Source: Octopus vulgaris
Lineage: Eukaryota
Direction: 5' to 3'
Assembly (NCBI GenBank): GCA_951406725.2
Contig: OX597819.1
Coordinates: 25,110,001-25,174,000 of the forward strand
Length of the DNA stretch: 64,000 nt
A program made the position numbers and the translations under genes. Shown here piece after piece: positions 27,588 to 40,219 of this stretch. The stretch's first letter is position 1, and every line of letters begins with the position of its first letter. The notes beneath the pieces were generated by a model that did not search any database, was not told the DNA's origin, and saw only the letters and a list, made by a program, of their open reading frames with translations.

Positions 27588-30500
27588 GTTATTGTTATTG
27601 TTATTGTTATTATTATTGTTATTGTTATTGTTATTATTATTATTATTATTATTATCATTATTATTATTATTATTATTATTATTGTGTGAGAGAGCAGTTC
27701 ATGCCATCAAAGTGACTCTGGGGTAAAATATACGAAGCCCAATATACCCATCATGACTACCCGTCTGATAAGGGTACACCAGGCACATGCATCACAACCA
27801 TATGTGCGCGACATGGTTATCTCATATCAAGGTAAACAGTGCATGACCTTGCAGGTGGGGCCCAGTTAGAATTTTCTTCTGGTTGAGTAGCCCATCCCGC
27901 TCAAAAGGTCCCTGAATAAGGGTTGTTTAAGGATGTTGAAAGAACCACCCATGTTTCCAGAGGTGAATTATTCAAACCCTAAAGAATCCCTCTCAACACA
28001 TGGCTATGATGCTCCCCCACTACTTCTGCTTGTGATCAGAGATGCACATAACGTCAGCCACTGGTTAAGGTCAAATATCGTCAGCAACTGGTTACGGTCA
28101 AACAACTGACAAGCAAATCTGTGGTATTGAGCAGAATATTTGCTGTAGCCCATCTTTTATACCAAGACAAAACAATGTACATGATGACACTTCCAATCAG
28201 TTAAGATCAGAAGCCATGAGAGCCACTGCCTGGTACTGCATCAGGGCATTATTATTATTATTATTATCATCATTATTATTGTTATTATTATTATTGTTAT
28301 TACATTAGTCTTTCTTGATATTTTTCAGTTAATGTCCATTTTTGCTGTTATGCATTTCTTGTTTATAGGTCTTGTGATACATAAGCTGTAGATATATTTT
28401 ATATATTTTACTGATCTGATATTAATTCTGTCATAAACCACCCTTAGCTCAAAAGACAGCACTTAACCCTCATTTTCATTTAGTTTGCTCGTTTCTCTGT
28501 TTTACATTTGTTTTTCAGTGTTAGTACAGGTTGGGTGAGGACTTATTATTGAGGCATTATTTTACAGCTGGATGCACTTCCTATCATTAACCCTTACTTG
28601 TTTTACTCAAGTTAAGAATTTGGAGGCATGTGGTTTAGTGTTTTGGGTGTTGAACACATGATCACAAGAATTTGGTTTCGAAAATATCAATATGTAATAA
28701 TTTCAGTTGACTATGGAACAGGTGTAATTGAATTACCTGCTAGATATTGCTGGTACTTAATTTAATGAATAAGCAGCATGAGAAATTGTGATGACTATGT
28801 TGAAATTTTGAACTTAAAACCCCACTTCTTGGACTGATAAAATAAAGCACCAATCTGGGTTGATATGGTTGACCATAACTTCTTATAAACATATGACCAG
28901 ATATCATTGTTGGAAATCAATTGTTATAATTATTATCATATAATGTTTAATTAAGCATTTGTAGTATAAATTGATTTTTTTTCTTTTTCTTTTTTTTTGA
29001 TAGAAATGGAATATTTCGGTTATCTTTGGCAAATCTCACACTCACCGAATATGCTGAATGGATGCCTTCAGAAGCAACATTGGACACATGTATTCAGAAA
29101 GGACTTCCAAAAGTAATAACACCTGTATATATATATAGACATATAAATATTGATACAAACTTGTGTTCACATATACATTCTTAACATTCTACACACATAC
29201 ACTTTCACAGATGTTGTACATATAGAATGACAGACAATATACACCCTACACTGTTGAATACACACTTGTGTTCTCAACATACATTCACATGTTAAATCAC
29301 ATACAAACACATATGTCAACCCACCTACAATTATACACTAAAGCATGCATGCATGCACACATACATACACACACATGCATACACACACAAACATACACAC
29401 ACATGCACACACTCTTAATGTTTATTTTCTCTATTTTTATTCTACCTAGGATGAGTGCCATAACTTTGTACGTGTTTTGATAATCCAACATGAACAAGTG
29501 CTGACATGTGGAACCAATGCTTATAGTCCTATGTGCTGTTGGCGAAATGTAAGTCCTCTATTACTGGATTCTTCTGTCTTTATATAAACTGACCATTGTT
29601 AGTGGTCAGCCTGATTTCCTCCCCACCCCACTCTCACTTGAAATATATCTTTATATATAAAAGTGAAGTTGTGTGAGTGTCTGTCCCCTTCGATTTAGAT
29701 TCCTAACTACTCCCACATTTTGCGGTGCAGTTTAACCAAATTCGGGTATCTTATAGTCGTGATTCATATCGAGCCCTTCTGGGTATTAGCGCACATCTAT
29801 GATGAGTCTACGATTTTAAAAATAATTTAACATAATTTTTTATTCCATTTTAATGCATAATTTTTCGTGTGTCGATGGCGGCGGAGTTGGCGTCCATGGT
29901 CACACCTGCACCTGTTTGCTTCTCCCCCTTCTTCCCTCCCACATGAAGCTGTGGGGAAGGGAGTGTAAGGAAATCAACGTCGTAAAGCGTTGTCAAGGAG
30001 ACCAGCGTTCTTTTAGAACAACGACTTCATGGCTTGAAGACACCAAAACAGAAATGGCTAAGAAAGCCCGAATTGGCATCTATAAGGGAAGTAACTCTCT
30101 AAAAATGCTTATATAGTTATTTCCCTTACAAACCCAAGCAACGCCGGGCGATACTGCTAGTCTTTATATATAAAAGTGAAGTTGTGTGTCTGTCTCCTAC
30201 GATTTAGATTCCTAACTACTCCCACATTTTGCGGTGCAGTTTAACCAAAAGCGGGTCTCTTATAGTCGTGATTCATATCGAGCCCTTCTGGGTATTAGCG
30301 GGCGTCTACGATGAGTCTACGATTTAAAAAAAAATTTACCATCATTTTTTTCCATTTTAATGCATTTTTTCGCTATTATATAAGGGAAGTAACTCTCTAA
30401 AAATGTCTACGATGAGTCAGCGATTAAAAAAAATTTACCATAATTTTTTTCCCATTTTTAATGCATTTTTTTGCTATTTTTTTGCTATAACTCTCTAAAA

Positions 30501-33303
30501 ATGCTTATATAGTTATTTCCCTTACAAACCCGAGCAACACCAGGCGATACTGCTAGTATAAATATATATCCATTTTGCCTAATCCTAATGTAGAGACACC
30601 TTGTCTTTGTGATAAAACCAAACTAATCTCCTTTTAGATAGTGCAGCAGCTGTAGCCACACCACTAGCTCATCATCATCATCGTCATCATCATCATCATC
30701 ATCCATATTATTTGTAATATCTTCTGTGTTAGCCTCCTTTCTGCCAGAGCTATTACTATTTTCACATCTACCAATTCTTGTCTCATTGATATCATGATCT
30801 TCACTCTCATTGTTATGACCAGCATTAGTAAGACTCCGGTTTTCCTCCTCTTCCTCCTCCTCCTCATCGTCATCATCATCATCATCATCATGGATACATA
30901 TAGGCGCAGGAGTGGCTGTGTGGTAAATAGCTTGCTTACCAACCTCATGGTTCCGGGTTCATTCGCACTGCGTGGCACCTTGAGTAAGTGTCTTCTACTA
31001 TAGCCTTGGGCCGACCAAAGCCTTGTGAGTGGATTTGGTAGACGGAAACTGAAAAGAAGCCCATCGTATATATGCATATATATGTGTATGTGTGTGTATG
31101 TTTGTGTGTCTGTGTTTGTCCTACCACCATTGCTTGACAACCGATGGTGGTATGTTTACGTCCCGTAACTTAGCGGTTCAGCAAAAGAGACTGATAGAAT
31201 AAGTACTGGGCTTACAAAAAAGAATAAGTCCTGGGGTCGATTTACTCGACTAGAAGGCGGTGCTCCAGCATAGGCGCAGTCAAATGACTGAAACAAGTAA
31301 AAGAGTAAAGAGTATAAGCCAGAGAAAGATCTGGTTTGTGCCTCAGCTTAATCTATAAAGCACCCAATTGCCACTCAGCTCATTTAATACTTTCTTTAAA
31401 ACAGAGACTATGTTTTTCAAGTTTTAAAACATTATCCTCATCATTTTACATCTACCTTTCATATTGGCATAGTTGGGTAGGTATGCTTCTGCCCAACATC
31501 TCACCACTTGTTATGGTTCTGTAGCATCTCTTTTGCGGAGGCACATAGCTTAGTGGTTAGGGTGTTGGTCTTGAGAGAAGATCATTTAACTTTTTACTTA
31601 TCATCCCTTTTGGTGTGATCCAGCATTCTGAGATCTGGCTTTTCCATTTACTCCAGCACATTATTTGTATTTGCTTTTCCTCTCCCATAGGCTCCTAACA
31701 CTTGCTTCATATAATATGTTTTCTTCTGCTAAATCATCATCAAAAGCAATAAAGGTTTATTTTTAAATGAAGTTTAGCCAAAATAGGCGCAGGAGTGGCT
31801 GTGTGGTAAGTAGCTTGCTAACCAACCACATGGTTCCGGGTTCAGTCCCACTGCATGGCATCTTGGGCAAGTGTCTTCTGCTATAGCCCCGGGCCGACCA
31901 GTGCCTTGTGAGTGGATTTGGTAGACGGAAACTGAAAGAAGCCTGTCGTATATATGTATATATATGTATGTGTGTGTATGTGTTTGTGTGTCTGTGTTTG
32001 TCCCCCTAGCATTGCTTGACAACCGATGCTGGTGTGTTTACGTCCCCGTAACTTAGTGGTTCGGCAAAAGAGACCGATAGAATAAGTACTGGGCTTACAA
32101 AGAATAAGTCCCGGGGTCGATTTGCTTGACTAAAAGGCGGTGCTCCAGCATGGCCGCAGTCAAATGACTGAAACAAGTAAAAGAGTAAAAGAGTAAAACC
32201 AGTATATCAAGTATTATATATCTACATATCATATCTGGAGTTGAAACTTAAGAGTCACTCTTAACTGATTTGTTACTTGTGTAAATCTAAGAGAAGCTGC
32301 TCAAAGACCAATAATATCAACCAGAGTAACATTGCTATTATTAGTTAACAGGGACCTTGACTTTTATGATCTACTCACTTGAAAAAGCTGTCAGCTCTTC
32401 CTACTTCATGTTCTACTGCAAGAATTTTTAACAGGTAGGCTGGCTGTTCAGGTTTTCTTGAACCCTTCTCAGTGGGCTTCGGCTCATATACTCTCTTTAC
32501 TCTTTTACTTGTTTCAGTCATTTGACTGCGGCCATGCTGGAGCACCGCCTTTAGTCGAGCAAATCGACCCCAGGACTTATTCTTTGTAAGCCCAGTACTT
32601 ATTCTATCGGTCTCTTTGCCGAACCGCTAAGTGACGGGGACGTAAACACACCAGCATCGGTTGTCAAGCAATGCTAAGAGGACAAACACAGACACACAAA
32701 CATACACACACACATACGCACATAAATATATATATACATATATACGACAGGCTTCTTTCAGTTTCCGTCTACCAAATCCACTCACAAGGCATTGGTCGGC
32801 CCGGGGCTATAGCAGAAGACACTTGCCCAAGATGCCACGCAGTGGGACTGAACCCGGAACCATGTGGTTGGTTAGCAAGCTACTTACCACACAGCCACTC
32901 CTGCGCCTATCTGGCAATTTTTTTTACATTTAGTGTATTTGTAAGCCATTGAAAAGTTGGTGGCTTTTATTTAGTCTTTTGTATCGAGATTTGTTTCACT
33001 TTGTGCTTACAGAAACATTGCCAATGATGGCAATGATTGCGGGTGGAGATACATGGTGATATATTTTTATATGTAAGATATACTCTTTTAACTTGCTTCA
33101 GTCATTTGACTGTGGCCATGCTGGAATACTGCCTTTAATTGAGCAAATCAACCCCAGGTCTTATTCTTTGTAAGCCTAGTGCATATTCTATCGGTTTCTT
33201 TTGCTGAACTGCTAAGTTACGGGGACATAAACACACCAGCATCAGTTGTCAAGCGATGTTGTGGGGGGGACAAACACAGACACACAAACATATATACACA
33301 CGC

Positions 33304-33359
<56 letters not shown>

Positions 33360-36300
33360 ATGCGTTTCTTTCAGTTTCCGTTTACTAAATCCATTCACAA
33401 GGATTTGGTCAGCCCGAGGCTATATTAGAAGACACTTGCCCAAGGTGCCATGCAGTGGGACTGAACCCGGAACCATGTGGTTCGTAAGCAAGCTACTTAC
33501 CACACAGCCACTCCTACGCAAATGCATATGGGTCATGTAAGGAAAAAGAAAGACAGAAAATCAAAAGCGGGCTTTTACAAAATGTAGTTACTGATCCTCC
33601 TTTAGAATATTAAAAAACGAGACATTTTGGAGCATATAACCCTAGATATACAAAAATAAATAAATGAAATAAATAGGCGCAGGAATGGCTGTGTGGTAAG
33701 TAGCTTGCTAACCAACCACATGGTTCCGGGTTCAGTCCCACTGCGTGGCATCTTGGGCATGTGTCTTCTACTATAGCCCCGGGCCAACCAATGCCTTGTG
33801 AGTGGATTTGGTAGACGGAAACTGAAAGAAGCCCGTCGTATATATATGTATATATATATATATGTATGTGTGTGTGTTTGTGTGTCTGTGTGTTTGTGTG
33901 TCTGTGTTTGTCCCCCTAGCATTGCTTGACAACCGATGCTGGTGTGTTTATGTCCCCGTTACTTAGCAGTTCGGCAAAAGAGATCGATTGAATAAGTACT
34001 GGGCTTACAAAAAGAATAAGTCCCGGGGTCGAGTTGCTCGATTAAAGGCGGTGCTCCAGCATGGCCGCAGTCAAATGACTGAGACAAGTAAAAGAGTAAA
34101 AGAGTAATGGTTATGGTTGGAATGTCTTTCACCATATGTTTGTTCAATCAGAACAGACTTGGACTTGACAACAACAATTAACTTCATCACAACCAGCACT
34201 TATTCCATGCTGGCAAAGTCTGGAGGCTTCAATTCCTTTTATAAAGCTTGCCTGGAACAACAAGTATTTATTGGATCTATGAAAGATTTTAACACAAAGG
34301 AAACCAGGCTCTATTTTTAACAGTGTGCAAAGTTACCTTTGGTAGAAATGGTACAGTTTTAAATTTATTACTATAAAATGCTATAAGCCATCACTATACA
34401 TTTATGCCCCAGTAACTTGCTGTGATTCTGGTTTTGTTTTTTTTATATACTTCATTTTTTTTATATATACAACAAACAAAATGAGGACAAATATCTGCTA
34501 GATGTAAATAATGTAGATTATGTTCAACATTACTGATTAAATTTATTTGCAGGTAAATTCCATCAAACATGTTTCGCAAAGGATAAATGGGAAACAGAAG
34601 TGTCCCTATAGTCCCCGGCACAATTTTACTTCAATTATTAGTGAAGATGGGAACTTTTACACTGGTTCAGTGGTGGACATCCAGGCTCGAGATTATGCCA
34701 TATCTCGTGTTCTGGGTCCCTTGCCAATTCTCAGAACTCTCCGAAGTAATTCCAAATGGCTAAATGGTAAGTAACTATGGTTGGTAATTCATTTTGTAGT
34801 TTTTAAAAGATCATATCAGTTATTATATATTGGTTTCAAAATTTGGCACAAGGCCAGCAAATTTGAGGAGGAGATAATTTGATAAAATTGACCCCAGTGT
34901 TCAACTGGTACTTATTTCATCAACCCTGATAATATGAAAAGCAAAGTTGACCCCAGTGGCATTTATGCCACTAAACACTTTTTCCAGTGGTAAAGCTTCT
35001 GCCAGATCGCCACCTTTCATTAACATCTATTTTATCTTTGCTGTCATGGGTCTAATCTCTGCTATCATGGGCCTAATATCTAATACAGCTCTCCTGTATC
35101 AGATATTAGCACCCAGCTTGAACTTTTGTTATCATATTTTTATAATTTCATTTGTCAGTTTTAATATCCTGAGATATGATTTCACCATTTCTTCCTCTGT
35201 ATTCTTTAGTTTTTCTCTGCTACTGTTATATTGCATACTACACAGTGGCTGTGTGAGCTATGAAATCCTTGTCGCCCCTGTTATATCGCACGTTCAAATG
35301 ACTTCTACTCAACCTCCAATGTCTAGACTTCTCCTTCTATATCTACCTACTGGGCTAGCCTACTTCATCGTCTGGATAGTAAAATTCACATTGACATTTT
35401 TTGTTTGCATTTTTAATAGTATGTATGTTAAAAGAAGTAAAATAGTACTTAATTTTTACTCTTGCACTCAGTATTGTGTGCAATAGGATTTGAGTTTGTT
35501 TTACATAATTAAGTGGTTTAATTACTGCAGATATTCAAATACTATGCCTCTGAATGTTTAATTTGTTTCAGAAAATATTTATTCTTTTAATAAAAAGTCT
35601 TTTGAACTATGTTAATATAGCTGTCCTTGTAATGTTCCTGCTTAAGTTATGCAGTCTTGTTGGAGGTAACATATTTTCAGCTGGCTAGACTAAAGAAAAC
35701 ATTTTGCTACTAAAACAAGTATTTAAAACTTCAGCTCAGTTGTGGCAGCTGTTTTAAACCATGTGTTTTTAATGCCCAGTTGCTATATCTTGATTCAGCT
35801 GGAAAAAGTTTAAACAGTTTACATGCTAATTATAAGTCGATCTTAACTACATAGTAGCTTCACTAATTTGTGAACTTTCAACATTTATAAATTGTAAGCC
35901 ATTTAACTATTCCAGTCATTTTTGTATGCTGTGTATAGTTGATATATCTCAACATTCAGTATGATTATCTATTTGATGGATATTGGTTTGTGATTCCTTT
36001 TGACATACAAAGAATAAAACAGATTTCTTCACAGAAGTTGATCACCTTCTAATACTATTTTCTCTGTTATAGCTCTAGTGTCTATAGTATTCAGCAGTAC
36101 TTAAATACAGTAAAACAGTTACTCAAGAAAGATCTGAACTTGATACTAGAAGCTATAAAAACAATGTGATCAGATCTATTCCAACACAAGTGTAAAACAG
36201 TTAAGCTTTCTTACTTTGAATCACTTAAAATTTTACATAAGGCTACAATCAATATATATATTTTTTATAGCCCTCAACCCCTCATAGAATCATAGAGGTG

Positions 36301-39300
36301 TAGTAATGACATATGGCACATTTTGGATAGTATTAGGTCTAGCAGAGCCTATACCTCTCCAGATGTAACCACAACTAATTTTTTCCAGAAAGTGAGGTAA
36401 ACAAAAAGAAAGAATGGGTGAAAGAGAAAAATTGATCTGGCACAGCACTGGAACTTCATTTATTGGTTCTGAAAGGCTAAAATGTAAAGATGACCATGGT
36501 AGTATTTGAACTCAGAGTATACAGAGAGAGAGAGCCAAAATGAATACTGCAAAGTAATCTATCTGACACTTTTACTACTCAGCCAATTTGCCAATACTAC
36601 TATGACTGAAAATTAACTTGAGATCTTCGGGCTTTGATGCATTATTCCTTCAATGACTTCAACTTCTCTAAATTCCAATTATTTCTCTTTAAGTGTGTTG
36701 TTGAAAATGTAGGTTAAGAATAGCCCAGATGATTTGATAGTGATATTGTATGGTATGCAACTGAAGCTTCATGGAAAGTTAAACCACCAAATATCTTCTC
36801 TTTCGAAGTTGAAACCTATCGTAACTTTAAACAACCATTGGTTTGGTTTAGTTTTTCTCTCTCTGCTGATGTCTGCATTTTACATAACATTGGCAGATTT
36901 TTTTTTCTTCCTATCTAATGTTGTCTGTTATACAACATAAACATTTTGTTTCTGAAACAAGAATTTAAAACTTCAGCTGTGTTGTGGCAGCTGTTTTAAA
37001 CCATGTGTGTTTGGTAAGAGATTCTAACTCTAAAGAAAACATATTATAAAGTATTGAGAAAAAATTATTCTTTCCTTTTTTTCCTTCCATTGATAGAGAT
37101 AGGGTGATAAAAGTGGGGAAAGATAGGTGTGTGTGTCTGTGAAAGGGGAGACTCTAAATATCTCAGTTTAAGGTATTTGGAATAGTGACACATCAACATT
37201 TTCTCTCAAAATTCCACTGTCTATAACATGGTTGCAATCAACATTCCTAAGCAAGATATTTCATCTGTAAAAAAGCAATAAGTATGTTATTAATTTGTTG
37301 AATTAATCAATTCCTTTATATGAAAGACCATTACTGCTTCATATCATGTCCAAATCCCCAGTCCCTGCACTCATAATTACACCCACTCATTCCTTCCCAG
37401 AACATTGGCCCTCTGGAATTTACTTCCTGCTCAAGTTTTTCTTACAAGTGTTGACTTAAAAGGTACAAAAGAAACATTAATGGTATCAATCATACTGGTC
37501 TAAGAGGGCCTCTGAAAGCCATGGTACAGCCCCTTCCTCCAGACCTTGCAAGTCAAAAGAAGAAAAAAAAAAACCTTGTGGAATTATCTTTTTAGAGAAT
37601 TCAGCTTTAGATTATGTTTGATTTCAAAATTTTGTAAGACAGCTTGACTTTCCATTCATCTGGGGCTGAGAAAATGACGTATCAGTCCAAGTACTGGAGT
37701 TAACTGATTAATCCCTTATCTCTAAATTTATAGAAATAGTTATTAAGAATATGAACAACTTTGAGTTTATAACATTGAGGCTATGGATCAAACTCTGAAA
37801 GAAATTTATTATACCTAATAATAGCACAGACACAGCTATGTAGTTAAGAAGTTCACTTCCCAACCACATGGTTTCAGGTTCAGTCCCATACTGTGACACC
37901 TTGGGGTAATGTCTGGAAGAAGGGTCTGCACTATGGCTTTTAGAGTTGACCAAAGCATTCTGTGTGGATTTGGTAGATGGAGATTGAGAAATGTCTACCT
38001 TATATATGAGTGAGTGTGTGTGTGCATATATGTATGTGTTTGTGTCTCCTTGTCTTAATATCATACAATTGATATAAACAAACATCACTGTTATGTAGAG
38101 TGTCCCTTGTTGCCACTCTTCAATGAGGACATGTCTTGCCATGAGAAAATATTGCCTTGTTTGGAGACAAGAAGGTGACAAAAAGGGCATCCATCCATCC
38201 ATAGAAAATCTGCATCAATCAATCTTGTCTGATTCATGCTTGCATGGAAAAGTAGACATTAAAATGATGATGACATTGTTGATGATAATGATAATGATGA
38301 TGATGATAAGATGGCTGGAGATTTGATATTGAAATATTTTGGCATCTGGAGTTAAAATACAGGAGGATTGATGGTAGAAGTGGTACTATGTCAAAGAACA
38401 AAACATTGTATTATTTGATTGAATTCACAAGGTGGCAAGCTAGCAGAGCTGGTAGCACACCAGACAAAATGCTTAGTGACATTTTGTCTGCCTTTATGTT
38501 CTGAGTTCAAATTCTGCCATGGTCAATTTTGCTTTTCATTCTTTCAGGGTCAATAAAATTAGCAATCAGCTAAGTACTGGGATCGATGTAATCAATTAGC
38601 ACCCCTACCTCCACCCACCACCCTCTGACAAAATTTCAGGCTTTGTACCTTTATGATTATTATTATGATTATTTGATTGTATTCATATATGGTCTGAGTT
38701 CCAATTCTGCCCAGATTTGCTTTACTTTTCATTCATCCAAGGTCAGTGTAGTTGACTATATCAGCTATATCATAAAATACAATTTCTCAGCAGCCATGAT
38801 CATGAATAAAAGAACTAGAGTATAAAAAAGCATAAAAAAGCAAAAATACAGATCCCAACCAACCAATAAGTTGTACTTGTCAGGGATTACAATAAGAAAT
38901 AATTGAAAATTCAGTTTAAATCAGCAGTTTTTTTTCTTTTTATTGTTATGAATTACAAAAGCAGCTTTATTTCAGTTTTGCATGTTGCATTATGAAAACA
39001 GAATGCCGCTGTTGGTCAATAAAAACATGTGACCTGCTATATTTAAGTACATTTGTGATATATATATCTTAATTTTTTTTTCCCCTGTTGATTAATACTT
39101 AATATTGTTTGCAGAATATTTATTTTCTCTGTAGTATGTATATTTTTGGTTTAAACAACAAAAGTCATATGATTGTGACCTCAAACAATACTTGTTACTG
39201 CAATTGATAAGAAACATTTCCCTTTTCATCAGTTTGTATAGCTGAAATATGTCATTCTTTATATTATGATACCCAAACAACAATATACAAATATTTAAAC

Positions 39301-39431
39301 TTAAATTAAAAAAAAAAAATATTCCAATGCATGTATGTTTAGAATACGATATATATATATATAGAACATAAGATAAAAATAATGAAAGGTTTGACTTCTA
39401 TATTCATGTAGTGTATATGTATATGTATATA

Positions 39432-39481
<50 letters not shown>

Positions 39482-39682
39482 TATATGTGTGTGTATGTAT
39501 ATCTATCTATATATATATGTGTGTGTGTATGTATATCTATCTATCTATATATATATATGTGTGTATGTATATCTATCTATCTATCTATATATATATATAT
39601 ATGTAATATATATATATATATATATGTATATCTATCTATCTATCTATATATATATATGTATATCTATCTATCTATCTATCTA

Positions 39683-39724
<42 letters not shown>

Positions 39725-40181
39725 TAAGATTAAAATAATAAGAGAAGCATTTGGAATTCTAAACTTATGTGGTGTATTCTTTGTTGTCAGCTGATATTCT
39801 TAGTAACCTGCAAGAGAGTATGCAAATAAAGCACATTATTTATGTGATATTATTGAAAGATGAAAATAAATAATGGTACAGCAAATGTAAATATTTGTTT
39901 CTCTTATTTAAAGAATTGCATAGCTTTGTTAGTTTTAATTATTTGTTTGGTTTCTTTCTGTTCCAGAACCCAATTTTGTATCATCATATGAAATAGAGAG
40001 CCACATATATTTCTTTTTCCGAGAAACTGCTGTTGAATATATTAACTGTGGCAAAGTAAGTTCCTTCAATTTTCTAATATGACCGCCACTTCCAACTTAA
40101 AAAACAAGACATGAATTATTTTATCATTTTTGTATAAACATCTTTGTATAAGAAACATGCATGCGTGCACATGCGCACACA

Positions 40182-40219
<38 letters not shown>

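Noticed and set aside
27760-27800. CTGATAA in the (TTA)n-embedded repeat as a hammerhead core
   Set aside because: It is non-canonical in all copies and has no GAAA after a stem II.
34947-35486. 179-aa hydrophobic ORF
   Set aside because: It starts in a decayed SINE, crosses a dispersed repeat, and has no recognisable domain; T-rich sequence readily gives hydrophobic ORFs.
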